From: an uncultured bacterium
GTDB taxonomy: Bacteria > Omnitrophota > Gorgyraeia > Duberdicusellales > CBEUCJ01
Direction: 5' to 3'
NCBI GenBank assembly: GCA_965541615.1
Contig: CBEUCJ010000001.1
Coordinates: 67,754-131,753, forward strand
Length of the DNA stretch: 64,000 nucleotides
Both the position numbers and the translations under genes were made by a program. Shown piece by piece: positions 28,804 through 37,731 of the stretch (position 1 is its first letter; each line of letters starts with the position of its first letter). Below the pieces are notes generated by a model. It ran no database searches. It saw nothing but the letters and a program-made list of their open reading frames with translations, and had not been told where the DNA came from.

Positions 28804-28826
28804 ACTCCTCTAAGTGAAGGTTCCTA
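28801..28826 (+). repeat. Left direct repeat of the DsrE-TusA-MCP cassette
   Basis: TAAACTCCTCTAAGTGAAGGTTCCTA; 25/26 identical to 30825-30850. Confidence 0.9.
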
Positions 28827-28883
28827 GTTATAGTTATATTTTCAGCTAACCATTATTAAATTTTTGGACCGTTAAAAATTAAT

Positions 28884-28913
28884 TTGACAAAAGAGATTTT
28901 TTTCTTATAAAAT
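28884..28913 (+). promoter_or_regulatory. Promoter of the dsrE-tusA-mcp operon
   Basis: TTGACA followed by TATAAA/TAAAAT at 16-18 bp spacing; AGGAGG SD before ATG 28949. Confidence 0.6.
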
Positions 28914-28948
28914 ATAGTTGAAGAAGTTAGAAACAAAAGGAGGGAAAA

Positions 28949-29305
28949 ATGGCTAAAGTAGCAATTGTATGCAATGGTGCAGAACCTTCTAATATCTTTC
29001 CTCCTCTTATTTTGGGAACGAGTGCGATTGCTTGTGGTGATGAAGTAATTTTGTTTTACACTCCCGGAGGAGCTCCTGCATTAGTAAAAGGTAAACTGGA
29101 AGAGATGAGAGGGAAAAAAGGATTACCTGATCCAGTAGAACTATACCAAGGAATAGTAAAGTTAGGAGGAAAAATTTATGTTTGTGAACTTGCCTTAGAG
29201 GCAAAGGGATTAAAAAAAGAAGACTTCAGAGAAGGAGTGGAGATAATAGGAGCTACTACTTTTATGAATAAAATAAAAGACGCTACCATAACTTTTTCTT
29301 TTTAA
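28949..29305 (+). CDS. DsrE/DsrF-like family protein
   Basis: PPLILG..A.A.GDEVILFYT..G, GGKIYVC, GVEIIGATTF signature. Confidence 0.85.
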   Translation: MAKVAIVCNGAEPSNIFPPLILGTSAIACGDEVILFYTPGGAPALVKGKLEEMRGKKGLPDPVELYQGIVKLGGKIYVCELALEAKGLKKEDFREGVEIIGATTFMNKIKDATITFSF

Positions 29306-29320
29306 TAAGGAGGTGGTAAG

Positions 29321-29545
29321 ATGGCTACAAAATTCTTAGATACTTTAGGGTTAAGATGTCCTCAACCTGTTCTTAAAATAGCAGAGATGGTTCCTCAAAT
29401 GCAACCAGGAGATATTTTAGAAGTAGTAGGTGACTGTCCCAGTTTTGAAAGAGATGTTCGCAGTTGGTGTGAAAGGATGGGGAAAGTTTTGCTTTCAGTA
29501 AAAGATGAAGGAGGTGGAAAAAAAAGAATACAGATACAATTTTGA
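29321..29545 (+). CDS. TusA-family sulfur carrier
   Basis: LDTLGLRCPQPVL (CPxP), GDILEV, DV..WC. Confidence 0.9.
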   Translation: MATKFLDTLGLRCPQPVLKIAEMVPQMQPGDILEVVGDCPSFERDVRSWCERMGKVLLSVKDEGGGKKRIQIQF

Positions 29546-29561
29546 TTAAAAGGAGAGGTCA

Positions 29562-30812
29562 ATGTCAAGAAAGAAAATAATAACCCTTTCCTTCCTTTCT
29601 TTCTCACTTCTTCAAATTCTCCTTCTTACTTTCTTAAACCTACCTTTAAAAAAAGAAATTTATCTGCAGATTTTTTTAGGAGAAACAGTAATTTTTTCTC
29701 TCATAATTTGCCTCCTTTTAATTTTTTTCAAAAAGAAGTATCTTCAACCAGTTAAAAAGATAAATTCTTTATTGACTGAATTTGAAAAGGAGATTGATTT
29801 AAAAAAGAGAATTGAAATCTTTGGAGAAAAAGAGATTAAAGAATTAATAGATAAATTTAATAAATTTCTGGAAGAATTTCAAAAATTAATTGCTCAAGTC
29901 AAATCTGTGGGATGGATAGTTTCTGATTTGATTAACAGTTCAACCTCTACTGCTCAAGAGACTACCTCTGCAGGAAATGAAATTGTAAGAAGTGTAAAAA
30001 ATTTAGTAGACCATATAGAAAAGCAAACTACCGGAGTCAACCATGCTTTAAGTATGGTAGAAGCTATTGCTGTTTCTTCAGATTATTTAATTGGGCAAAG
30101 TAAAGAAACAGAGAAAACAGCGATGGAAATTCAGAGTTTTGTTGAAAAAAGTGGAAAAAATTTAGAAAGCGCTTCTGAGAAGATGGAAAAAATTAATGAA
30201 ATGGTTCTTAATGTAAATAAATCTATAGAAGCTTTATCTGCAAATATAAAAAAGATCACTGAAATCCTTAATGTATTATTACGAATCGCTGATCAAACAA
30301 ACCTTTTAGCTTTAAATGCAGCAATTGAAGCAGCGAGGGCTGGGGAAGCAGGTCGTGGATTTGCAGTAGTAGCTGAAGAAGTAAGGAAGCTCGCTGAAGA
30401 GAGTGCTCAATCTGCATCTCATATTGGAGATTTAATCAAAAATATAGAGAAAGGAAATCAAGCAGTAGTAACATCTGCAAGAGAAGGAGCTGAAGGAATT
30501 AAAGAAGGTATAAACACCTTCTTTAGTATTAAAGATTCCATTTCTCAAGTATTTTCTCTCATTAAAAAATCATATGAAGCTGTGGTAACTATTTCTGAAA
30601 CAATGATTACAACTTCTTCTGGCTTAGACACAATTAGAAAACACTTAGAAGAATCAGCAAAGCTATCTGAAGAAGTAAAGGAAGCTTCCCAGTTAGTTTA
30701 TACTTCTGTTCAACAGCAATCTTCAGCAATGGAAGAACTAACTTCAAACTTTTCTCAGATTTCTTCTATTTACCATTCCCTTGAAGAGTTTTTAGAAAAA
30801 TTCAAAGTTTAA
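29562..30812 (+). CDS. Methyl-accepting chemotaxis protein lacking a periplasmic sensor domain
   Basis: Two adjacent TM helices, HAMP-like segment, [38 protein letters not shown] signalling tip. Confidence 0.93.
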   Translation: MSRKKIITLSFLSFSLLQILLLTFLNLPLKKEIYLQIFLGETVIFSLIICLLLIFFKKKYLQPVKKINSLLTEFEKEIDLKKRIEIFGEKEIKELIDKFNKFLEEFQKLIAQVKSVGWIVSDLINSSTSTAQETTSAGNEIVRSVKNLVDHIEKQTTGVNHALSMVEAIAVSSDYLIGQSKETEKTAMEIQSFVEKSGKNLESASEKMEKINEMVLNVNKSIEALSANIKKITEILNVLLRIADQTNLLALNAAIEAARAGEAGRGFAVVAEEVRKLAEESAQSASHIGDLIKNIEKGNQAVVTSAREGAEGIKEGINTFFSIKDSISQVFSLIKKSYEAVVTISETMITTSSGLDTIRKHLEESAKLSEEVKEASQLVYTSVQQQSSAMEELTSNFSQISSIYHSLEEFLEKFKV

Positions 30813-30824
30813 AAATAAAAAATC

Positions 30825-30850
30825 TAAACTCCTCTAAGTGAAGATTCCTA
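30825..30850 (+). repeat. Right direct repeat of the cassette, includes the nfi GTG start
   Basis: TAAACTCCTCTAAGTGAAGATTCCTA. Confidence 0.9.
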
Positions 30851-31485
30851 AAAATTTAAATGAAGCCCTCCTCATTCAAAAAAGTTTAAAGAAAAAATTA
30901 AAAATTGTACCTTTAAAAAGAAAGATCCAAAAAATAGCTGGTTTTGATGTGAGTTTCAAAGAAGAGAAAAATATAGGAATAGCGAGTGCATGCGTATTTT
31001 CTTTTCCTGAATTAGAAATCTTAGAAACAAAAACATTAAAGAAAAAAATAGAATTTCCTTACATTCCAGGATTTTTTGCTTTCAGAGAAGCTCCTTTTAT
31101 TAAAGATTTATTTTTCTCTTTAAAAATAAAACCTGACTTACTTATCTTAGACGCTCATGGAACAGCTCATCCTCTTGGGTTTGGTTTAGCTTCTCAAATA
31201 GGAGTGATCTTAAAAATCCCTACTATTGGTTGTGCTAAAAATCCTCTTTATGGAAAGTATAAGATGCCTCCTCCTAAAAAAGGAAGTTTTTCTTATATAT
31301 TTGATAAAGACAATTCTATAATAGGAGCAGTTTTAAGAACAAAAGATAACACTAAACCTGTTTTTGTTTCACCTGGAAATCTAATAGACTTAGATTCCTC
31401 AATAAAAATTGTGCTTTTACTCTGCAAAAAGTTCAGAATCCCAGAACCTCTGAGAATAGCTCATCATTTGACAAAAACTTTATAG
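30838..31485 (+). CDS. nfi: Endonuclease V
   Basis: AGFDVSF, FPYIPGFFAFRE, DAHGTAHP..FGLAS..G, PTIGCAK, PVFVSPG, RIPEPLR.AH. Confidence 0.95.
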   Translation: MKIPKNLNEALLIQKSLKKKLKIVPLKRKIQKIAGFDVSFKEEKNIGIASACVFSFPELEILETKTLKKKIEFPYIPGFFAFREAPFIKDLFFSLKIKPDLLILDAHGTAHPLGFGLASQIGVILKIPTIGCAKNPLYGKYKMPPPKKGSFSYIFDKDNSIIGAVLRTKDNTKPVFVSPGNLIDLDSSIKIVLLLCKKFRIPEPLRIAHHLTKTL

Positions 31486-31506
31486 AAAGTAATATAATCT
31501 TTAAGG

Positions 31507-32232
31507 ATGCAAGAAGTAAAAATAGGTTGCTGTGGATTCTGTCAAAGTCAAAAAGAGTATTTCAAAAATTTCAGTGTTATAGAATTACAAAATACTTTCT
31601 ACCAACCACCTTTAAAACTCAAAACTGTAGAAAGATTAAGAAAGACAGCTCCTCCTGATTTTGAATTCACTATAAAAGCTTGGCAATTAATTACTCATCT
31701 TCCAAGCTCTCCTACTTACAGAAGACTAAAAGAAAAGATAAAGAATAAAGAAAATTATGGATTTTTTAAACCAACAAAGGAAGTCTTTAAAGCCTTTGAA
31801 AGAATCTTAGAGATAGCTTACATTTTAAAATCTAAAATCATCTTATTTCAAACACCACCAAATTTCAAAGAAGAAAAAGAAAATATAAAAAATATGCAAG
31901 AGTTTTTTAAAAAAGCAGATAAGAATTTTATTTATGTATGGGAAGAAAGAGGCAGATGGAGCAAATCTACTATTAAAAGATTATGTAAAGAATTGAATTT
32001 AATACATTGCACAGATCCTTTTAAAAAACTTCCTTGTTGGGGAGATTTTTATTACTTTAGATTACATGGAAAAACAAGTTATAACTACAAATATACAGAA
32101 CAAGAATTAAGGATGCTTTTAGAATTTATTATTAAAAAGAAAAAAAGTTATGTTATGTTCAATAATGTATACATGAAAGAGTCAGCTTTAAAATTTAAAG
32201 AAATAATTTCAGAAAAATTTTGGAAAAAATAA
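31507..32232 (+). CDS. DUF72 (YecE-like) TIM-barrel protein
   Basis: IGCCGF, IELQNTFYQPP, FEFTIKAWQLITH, LFQTPP, YFRLHG, VMFNN. Confidence 0.88.
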   Translation: MQEVKIGCCGFCQSQKEYFKNFSVIELQNTFYQPPLKLKTVERLRKTAPPDFEFTIKAWQLITHLPSSPTYRRLKEKIKNKENYGFFKPTKEVFKAFERILEIAYILKSKIILFQTPPNFKEEKENIKNMQEFFKKADKNFIYVWEERGRWSKSTIKRLCKELNLIHCTDPFKKLPCWGDFYYFRLHGKTSYNYKYTEQELRMLLEFIIKKKKSYVMFNNVYMKESALKFKEIISEKFWKK

Positions 32233-32648
32233 TTTATACTTTAGGAACTTCTAACCGTACACTCACAGAATTCTTAAGAATCCTTAAAAAATACAAAATA
32301 GAATTAGTGTGTGATGTAAGAAGATTTCCTACTTCTAAATTTGAATATTTTAAAAAAGATTCTTTAAAAAAATCTCTTAAAGAACACAATATAGACTATC
32401 TTTGGTTAGGAGACATTTTAGGAGGATTCAGAAAACCAAATTATCAAGAGTACACAAAGACCAAAGATTTTAAAAAAGGAATTGAAAAGATTAAAAGTTT
32501 AGGTAAATCAAAAAAATTATGCATAATCTGCTCTGAAAGACTTTATTTTAAATGTCATAGAAATTTCATTGCAAAGGCATTGTCTAATGAATTTGAAGTA
32601 ATCCATATAATAGAGGAGGATAAAATTGCGTCAGTTAAAAGAAGCTAA
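32220..32648 (+). CDS. DUF488 family protein
   Basis: IYTLGTSNR, DVRRFPTS, LGGFR, CSE....CHR. Confidence 0.88.
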   Translation: MEKIIYTLGTSNRTLTEFLRILKKYKIELVCDVRRFPTSKFEYFKKDSLKKSLKEHNIDYLWLGDILGGFRKPNYQEYTKTKDFKKGIEKIKSLGKSKKLCIICSERLYFKCHRNFIAKALSNEFEVIHIIEEDKIASVKRS

Positions 32649-33651
32649 ATTCTATAGAAAAAGATTAAATAAAAAAGTTGAATGTTATTTATGTGCAAGG
32701 AGGTGTGTAATTCCTGAAGGAAAGACTGGATTTTGCTTTGTTAGAAAAAATATAGATGGAGTTCTTTTCACATTAACTTATGCAAGACTAACTCCTATAA
32801 ATATTTCTCCTATTGAAAGGAAACCTATGTACCATTTTTATCCTGACTCAAAATGGTTATCTGTAGGAAGTTTAGGTTGTAACTTTAGATGTAAAGGATG
32901 TCAAAATTACGAAATAGCTTGCATTACAAAAATAGAAGAAAATCTCTTTAAAACAGAATACATAGAACCTCAAGATTTAGTAAATTTAGCTAAGACTTAC
33001 AAAACCAAAGGAATATCTTTTACTTACAATGAACCTACCATTCAAATAGAGTATATTTTAGAAGTCTCAAAATTAGCTAAATCTCAAGGATTGTTAACTA
33101 ATTGGGTAACTAATGCAAGTATAAATCCTGAAGTCTTAAAAGAAATCATTGATTTTATAGATTCTTATAGAGCTGACATTAAAGGTTTCTCTAAAAATAC
33201 CTATGAAAAAGTAGCAAACTTTACTGAATTCAATGAAATTTTAAAAAATGTAGAATTTGCTTTTAAGAAAGGAGTATGGGTGGAAATAGTTACAAATATA
33301 ATTCCTACTTTAAATGATGACTTAGAAGAATTAAAGAATTTAGCTCTCTGGATAAAAAATAATTTATCTGAAAATGTCCCTTGGCATATAACAAGATTCT
33401 TTCCTTACTTTAAATTAAAAAATCTTTATCCCACTCCTATAAAGACTTTACAAAAAATAAGAGAAATGGCTTTAGAAATCGGTTTAAAGTATGTTTATAT
33501 AGGAAATGTAAATCTTAAAGAAGCTAACAACACTTATTGTCCGAAATGTAAAAGTTTGTTAGTCGAAAGAGATCAAGTATCTGTCATCAAAAATTTTTTA
33601 AGTAAAGGTAAATGTCCAGTTTGCGGGTATGAGATACCAGGAAGATATTAA
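32626..33651 (+). CDS. AmmeMemoRadiSam-type radical SAM enzyme (AmrS-like)
   Basis: N-terminal CxxCxxxC..G.CxVR, PIERKP.YHFYP, GCNFRCKGCQN, SFTYNEP, WHITRFFP, C-terminal CPKC/CPVC. Confidence 0.88.
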   Translation: MRQLKEAKFYRKRLNKKVECYLCARRCVIPEGKTGFCFVRKNIDGVLFTLTYARLTPINISPIERKPMYHFYPDSKWLSVGSLGCNFRCKGCQNYEIACITKIEENLFKTEYIEPQDLVNLAKTYKTKGISFTYNEPTIQIEYILEVSKLAKSQGLLTNWVTNASINPEVLKEIIDFIDSYRADIKGFSKNTYEKVANFTEFNEILKNVEFAFKKGVWVEIVTNIIPTLNDDLEELKNLALWIKNNLSENVPWHITRFFPYFKLKNLYPTPIKTLQKIREMALEIGLKYVYIGNVNLKEANNTYCPKCKSLLVERDQVSVIKNFLSKGKCPVCGYEIPGRY

Positions 33652-34690
33652 GTTAAATGAATGTGCAGTCTGCAAAGAGAAAAAACTCATTTCTAAAATT
33701 TTAAAAGTATGCAAAGACTGCATAATAGAAAGATTTGACCAAAGCTTAGAGTTTATAAAGAAAGCCCATAACTTTGTAAAAGAAAAATACTCTTTTTGTA
33801 CACAACCTTTAAAGGAAGGAAAATTAAGTTGCAATATGTGTATTAATAATTGTAAGTTTGAAGAAGGTACAAAAAGTATATGTGGATTAAGAGAATTTAA
33901 AAATAATAAGTTAGATGGTCCTGACTCAAAAAATGCAAAACTCTTTTACTATTATGACTTGTTACCCACAAACTGTGTAGCTTCTTTTATCTGTGGAGAA
34001 AATAAATACACAGGTTATAAAAATTTGGCAGTATTTTTTTATGGATGTAGTTTCAATTGCTTATTCTGTCAAAATTCAGATTGGAGAAATATCCCTCATC
34101 ATTATGTAAGTTTAGAAGAATTAGAAAAAGCTGTTGATGAAACTACAAGATGTATATGCTTTTTTGGAGGAGACCCTTCTTGCCAAATTGAATTTCAAAT
34201 AGAGTTTTCTAAAAGGATATTAAGATCTAAAAAAGTCAGAATCTGTTGGGAAACGAATGGTTCTTTTAACCCCAAGTATTTAGACCAAATTATGAAGATA
34301 GCTTTAAAGAGTAAAGGTTGCGTGAAGTTTGATTTAAAAGCTTTTAATAAAAATTTGCATTTTGCTTTATGTGGGGTATCTAATGAATTTACTCTGGAAA
34401 ATTTCAAAAGAGCTTCTTTTTGGACAAAAAAGTATTCAACTTTTCCTCTTTTGGTAGCTTCTACTTTATTGGTCCCAGGTTACATAGATGAATCTGAAAT
34501 AGAAAGTATTGCAAAATTTATAGCTTCTTTAAATAAAGAGATCCCTTATTCTCTGTTAGGGTTTTCTCCTAATTTTTTTATGAAAGATATTGGATTTACT
34601 TCTAAAAATTTTGCTTTAAAATCTTATAGAATCGCCAAAGCTGTAGGGTTAAAGTATGTAAATATTGGAAATACTTTTATTTTGAAATGA
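33629..34690 (+). CDS. Radical SAM protein (PFL-activase-like, Cys-rich N-terminus)
   Basis: YYDLLPTNCVA, GCSFNCLFCQN, CFFGGDP, CWETNG, KFDLKA, STLLVPGY. Confidence 0.85.
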   Translation: MRYQEDIKLNECAVCKEKKLISKILKVCKDCIIERFDQSLEFIKKAHNFVKEKYSFCTQPLKEGKLSCNMCINNCKFEEGTKSICGLREFKNNKLDGPDSKNAKLFYYYDLLPTNCVASFICGENKYTGYKNLAVFFYGCSFNCLFCQNSDWRNIPHHYVSLEELEKAVDETTRCICFFGGDPSCQIEFQIEFSKRILRSKKVRICWETNGSFNPKYLDQIMKIALKSKGCVKFDLKAFNKNLHFALCGVSNEFTLENFKRASFWTKKYSTFPLLVASTLLVPGYIDESEIESIAKFIASLNKEIPYSLLGFSPNFFMKDIGFTSKNFALKSYRIAKAVGLKYVNIGNTFILK

Positions 34691-35583
34691 AATCAGGTTT
34701 TGTAGCTTTAATTGGAAGACCTAATGTAGGGAAATCTACTTTTTTAAATGCTATTTTAGGGAAAAAAGTCTCTATAGTAACTCCTATCCCTCAAACTACA
34801 CGTTACAAAATAAGAGGTATTTACACTGACAACAGAGGGCAAATAGTATTTATAGATACTCCTGGCTTTTACAAACCGCAACATTTTTTAGGAAAGACAC
34901 TCTTTAATTTTATGAAAGATTCTATAAAAGAAGTAGATTTAGTTTTATATATGACAGATGTAACAAGACCTGTTGGTGAAGAAGAGTTAGAAATTATGAA
35001 GATGATAATTAATGAAAATAAAAAAACTATAATGGCTTTAAATAAAATAGATAGAGGCACAGGTTTTAGTAATGATTACATAGAATACTGGAATAAGTTA
35101 ACCAAAGATCTTAAAAAAAATCCCCTTTTATTTTTTGTACCTATTTCAGCTTTAAATAATAAAAATTTAGATAAAATAATAGATATAATTTTTGAAAATT
35201 TAGAAGAAGGCACTTTACTGTACCCTCAAGATATGCTATCAGACTTACCAAAAGAAATAGCTTTTAGTGATATCATAAGAGAAAAATTGTATATGTTCTT
35301 AAAAGATGAGTTGCCACACTCAATTGGAGTAAATATCGAAGAGATGACAGAAAAAAGTGAAAATTTAATGTATATTAAAGCTATTATTTATGTAGAAAAA
35401 CCTTCTCATAAAAAAATAGTTATTGGCAAAGATGGTAGAATTTTAAAAGAAGCTGGAAAATTAGCAAGACAAGAGTTAGAAACTATACTCAATAAAAAAG
35501 TATATTTAGATCTCTGGGTAAAAGTGAAAGAAGACTGGCCTAATAAACCACAGTTTTTAAGAGAACTTGGATATGAAAGTTGA
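34687..35583 (+). CDS. era: GTPase Era
   Basis: KSGFVALIGRPNVGKST, PQTTR, DTPG, NKID, KH domain VIGKDG, LDLWVKV. Confidence 0.97.
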   Translation: MKSGFVALIGRPNVGKSTFLNAILGKKVSIVTPIPQTTRYKIRGIYTDNRGQIVFIDTPGFYKPQHFLGKTLFNFMKDSIKEVDLVLYMTDVTRPVGEEELEIMKMIINENKKTIMALNKIDRGTGFSNDYIEYWNKLTKDLKKNPLLFFVPISALNNKNLDKIIDIIFENLEEGTLLYPQDMLSDLPKEIAFSDIIREKLYMFLKDELPHSIGVNIEEMTEKSENLMYIKAIIYVEKPSHKKIVIGKDGRILKEAGKLARQELETILNKKVYLDLWVKVKEDWPNKPQFLRELGYES

Positions 35584-36748
35584 AGAAAAAATTTGTCCTT
35601 ACTTTGGTGAGTGTGGTGGGTGTAGTCTCCAAAATATAGAATACTCTGAACAGTTAAACAAGAAAGAACAAAATTTAATTGAATATCTCAAATATTATGA
35701 AGTCTATGAAAAAGTTAAAGAATTTAAACCTTTTGTCCAGTCTCCAAAAATATGGTACTACAGAAATAAAATGGAATTCAGCTTCTCACAGAAAAACAAA
35801 GAACTCATCTTAGGTTTACATAAAAAACAAAGAGTAAAAGAAATAGTAGATATCAAAGAATGTGCTATTTTCTCAACAAGAGCTATGAAAGTAGCTAGAA
35901 AACTTTTAGAGCTTTTTAATAAAGAAGGGTATTCAGCTTATGATGTATTTAAAAGAAAGGGGTTTTTAAGGCACTTAGTTTTAAGAGAAACCAAATTCAC
36001 CCAAGAATTAATGATAAATATTGTGACTACTTCTGCTAAAGAACTGGATAAAGAAAAAATTTTAAAGATATTACAAGAAGATATTGATTCTGGTTACGTA
36101 AAATCTGTATACCATACTGTGAATGATTCAGCTTCAGATGCAGTTATTTTTGAAAAATGTTCTTTATTGGCAGGCAGAGAGTACATTATTGAAAAATTAG
36201 ATGACTTATACTTTAAAATCTATCCTGAAAGTTTCTTTCAAACTAACTCTGAATGTGTTCTGCTTTTGTATAAGAATGCTCAAAAGTATTCAGATTTTGA
36301 TAGAGAAAAAAACGTTTTGGATTTATATTGTGGAGCAGGAGTGCTTTCTTTGTTTTTGGCAAAAAACTCAAAAAAAGTAAAAGGTGTAGAAATAGTAGAA
36401 AAAGCAGTCTTAAATGCATTTGAAAATGCAGAATTAAACAAAATAAAAAACACTGAATTCATACAAGGAGATGTAGCAAAAATTCTTTACTTTAAAAGAG
36501 AAGATTTCAAAAACACAGAGTTAGTGGTGTGTAATCCCCCAAGAGCAGGAATGAGTAAAAAAGTTTTGAGAAGAATATTTGATATAAATCCTAAATATAT
36601 AATTTACATCTCATGCAACCCAAAGACTTTAGCTGAAAATCTTTACCAGATAAAAGAAAAAATAAATATAAGATTCATTGAGCCCTATGATTTCTTCCCT
36701 CACACTCTGCATTTAGAGACTTTAGCATTCTTAGAAGTGTTGAAGTAA
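35573..36748 (+). CDS. rlmD: 23S rRNA m5U methyltransferase RlmD/RumA family (no TRAM domain)
   Basis: CPYFGECGGC, YRNKMEF, SFFQTN, DLYCGAG, NPPRAG, YISCNP, DFFPHT.HLE. Confidence 0.88.
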   Translation: MKVEEKICPYFGECGGCSLQNIEYSEQLNKKEQNLIEYLKYYEVYEKVKEFKPFVQSPKIWYYRNKMEFSFSQKNKELILGLHKKQRVKEIVDIKECAIFSTRAMKVARKLLELFNKEGYSAYDVFKRKGFLRHLVLRETKFTQELMINIVTTSAKELDKEKILKILQEDIDSGYVKSVYHTVNDSASDAVIFEKCSLLAGREYIIEKLDDLYFKIYPESFFQTNSECVLLLYKNAQKYSDFDREKNVLDLYCGAGVLSLFLAKNSKKVKGVEIVEKAVLNAFENAELNKIKNTEFIQGDVAKILYFKREDFKNTELVVCNPPRAGMSKKVLRRIFDINPKYIIYISCNPKTLAENLYQIKEKINIRFIEPYDFFPHTLHLETLAFLEVLK

Positions 36749-36777
36749 TTGAAATTTTATGGTAATTTTAAAGTATT

Positions 36778-37731
36778 ATGATTAAAGTAAAAGAAAAGGT
36801 AAATTTTAAAAATCCAATTTTTGTCGCCTGCTGGCCAGGTATGGGAGAGGTGGCTTTTAAAGCAGGTTTATTTTTAAGAGATGTATTAAATTTTAAGGAA
36901 TTTGCTTTCTTAGAAGGAAAAAATTTTTATTACCCTCAAAGTGTAATAGTAAAAGATGGCTTAATAGAACTTCCTCCAGAACCTGTAGGAGTTTTTTATT
37001 ATTACATAAAAGAAAACAAAGAGATTATTCTTTTTTTAGCTGAAGCTCAACCTCCTTTTGAAAAAGCTTATTTATATGCTTTAAATATCATTGAATTTGT
37101 AAAAAAATTGGGTTGTAAAAAAGTCTTCACTTTTGCAGCTATGCCTCAACCTATAGAACATACCCAAACTCCTAGCTGTTGGGTCTCAGCTACTTCTACA
37201 GAATTATTAGAGGAATTAGCTACAAAATTTGAAGTTAAAATTTTAAAAGAAGGGAGTATTAGTGGATTAAATGGACTGATTTTAGGGGTAGCCAAAGAAA
37301 AAGGATTAAAAGGAATCTGTCTATTAGGTGAAATTCCCTTTTATATGATACAGATAGAAAATCCTAAAGCTTCTAAAAGAGTATTAGAAATATTCTTAGA
37401 CTTAATAGGATTAAACGTAGATTTATCTCCTTTAGAAGAAAGAGCAAAACTTATAAATGAAGAAATAGATAAAATAATCGGTATGATAAAAGGAGAAAGT
37501 CCTCTTCAAAAACCTTTAGATGAAAAAGAAATAGAAAGGATTAAAAAAGAACTAAATGCCTCTACAAAACTCCCTGAATCAGCACGTAAAAGAATAGAAG
37601 AATTATTTAAAGAAGCTGAACACAATATCTCTAAAGCGTTTGAATTAAAAAAAGAACTCGACAAATGGAATGTATATTCTGAATATGAAGATAGATTCCT
37701 TGATCTCTTTAGAAAAAAGAAAGACCATTAA
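36778..37731 (+). CDS. PAC2 family (proteasome-assembly-chaperone-like) protein
   Basis: NPIFVACWPGMG.VA, EAQP, GSISGLNGLILG.A...G..GICLLGE, NPKAS. Confidence 0.8.
   Translation: MIKVKEKVNFKNPIFVACWPGMGEVAFKAGLFLRDVLNFKEFAFLEGKNFYYPQSVIVKDGLIELPPEPVGVFYYYIKENKEIILFLAEAQPPFEKAYLYALNIIEFVKKLGCKKVFTFAAMPQPIEHTQTPSCWVSATSTELLEELATKFEVKILKEGSISGLNGLILGVAKEKGLKGICLLGEIPFYMIQIENPKASKRVLEIFLDLIGLNVDLSPLEERAKLINEEIDKIIGMIKGESPLQKPLDEKEIERIKKELNASTKLPESARKRIEELFKEAEHNISKAFELKKELDKWNVYSEYEDRFLDLFRKKKDH

Noticed and set aside
28826-28860. GTTA...CTAAC sequence suggesting an integron attC next to the cassette
   Set aside because: Core sites do not fit RYYYAAC/GTTRRRY order or spacing, there is no extended hairpin and no integron integrase
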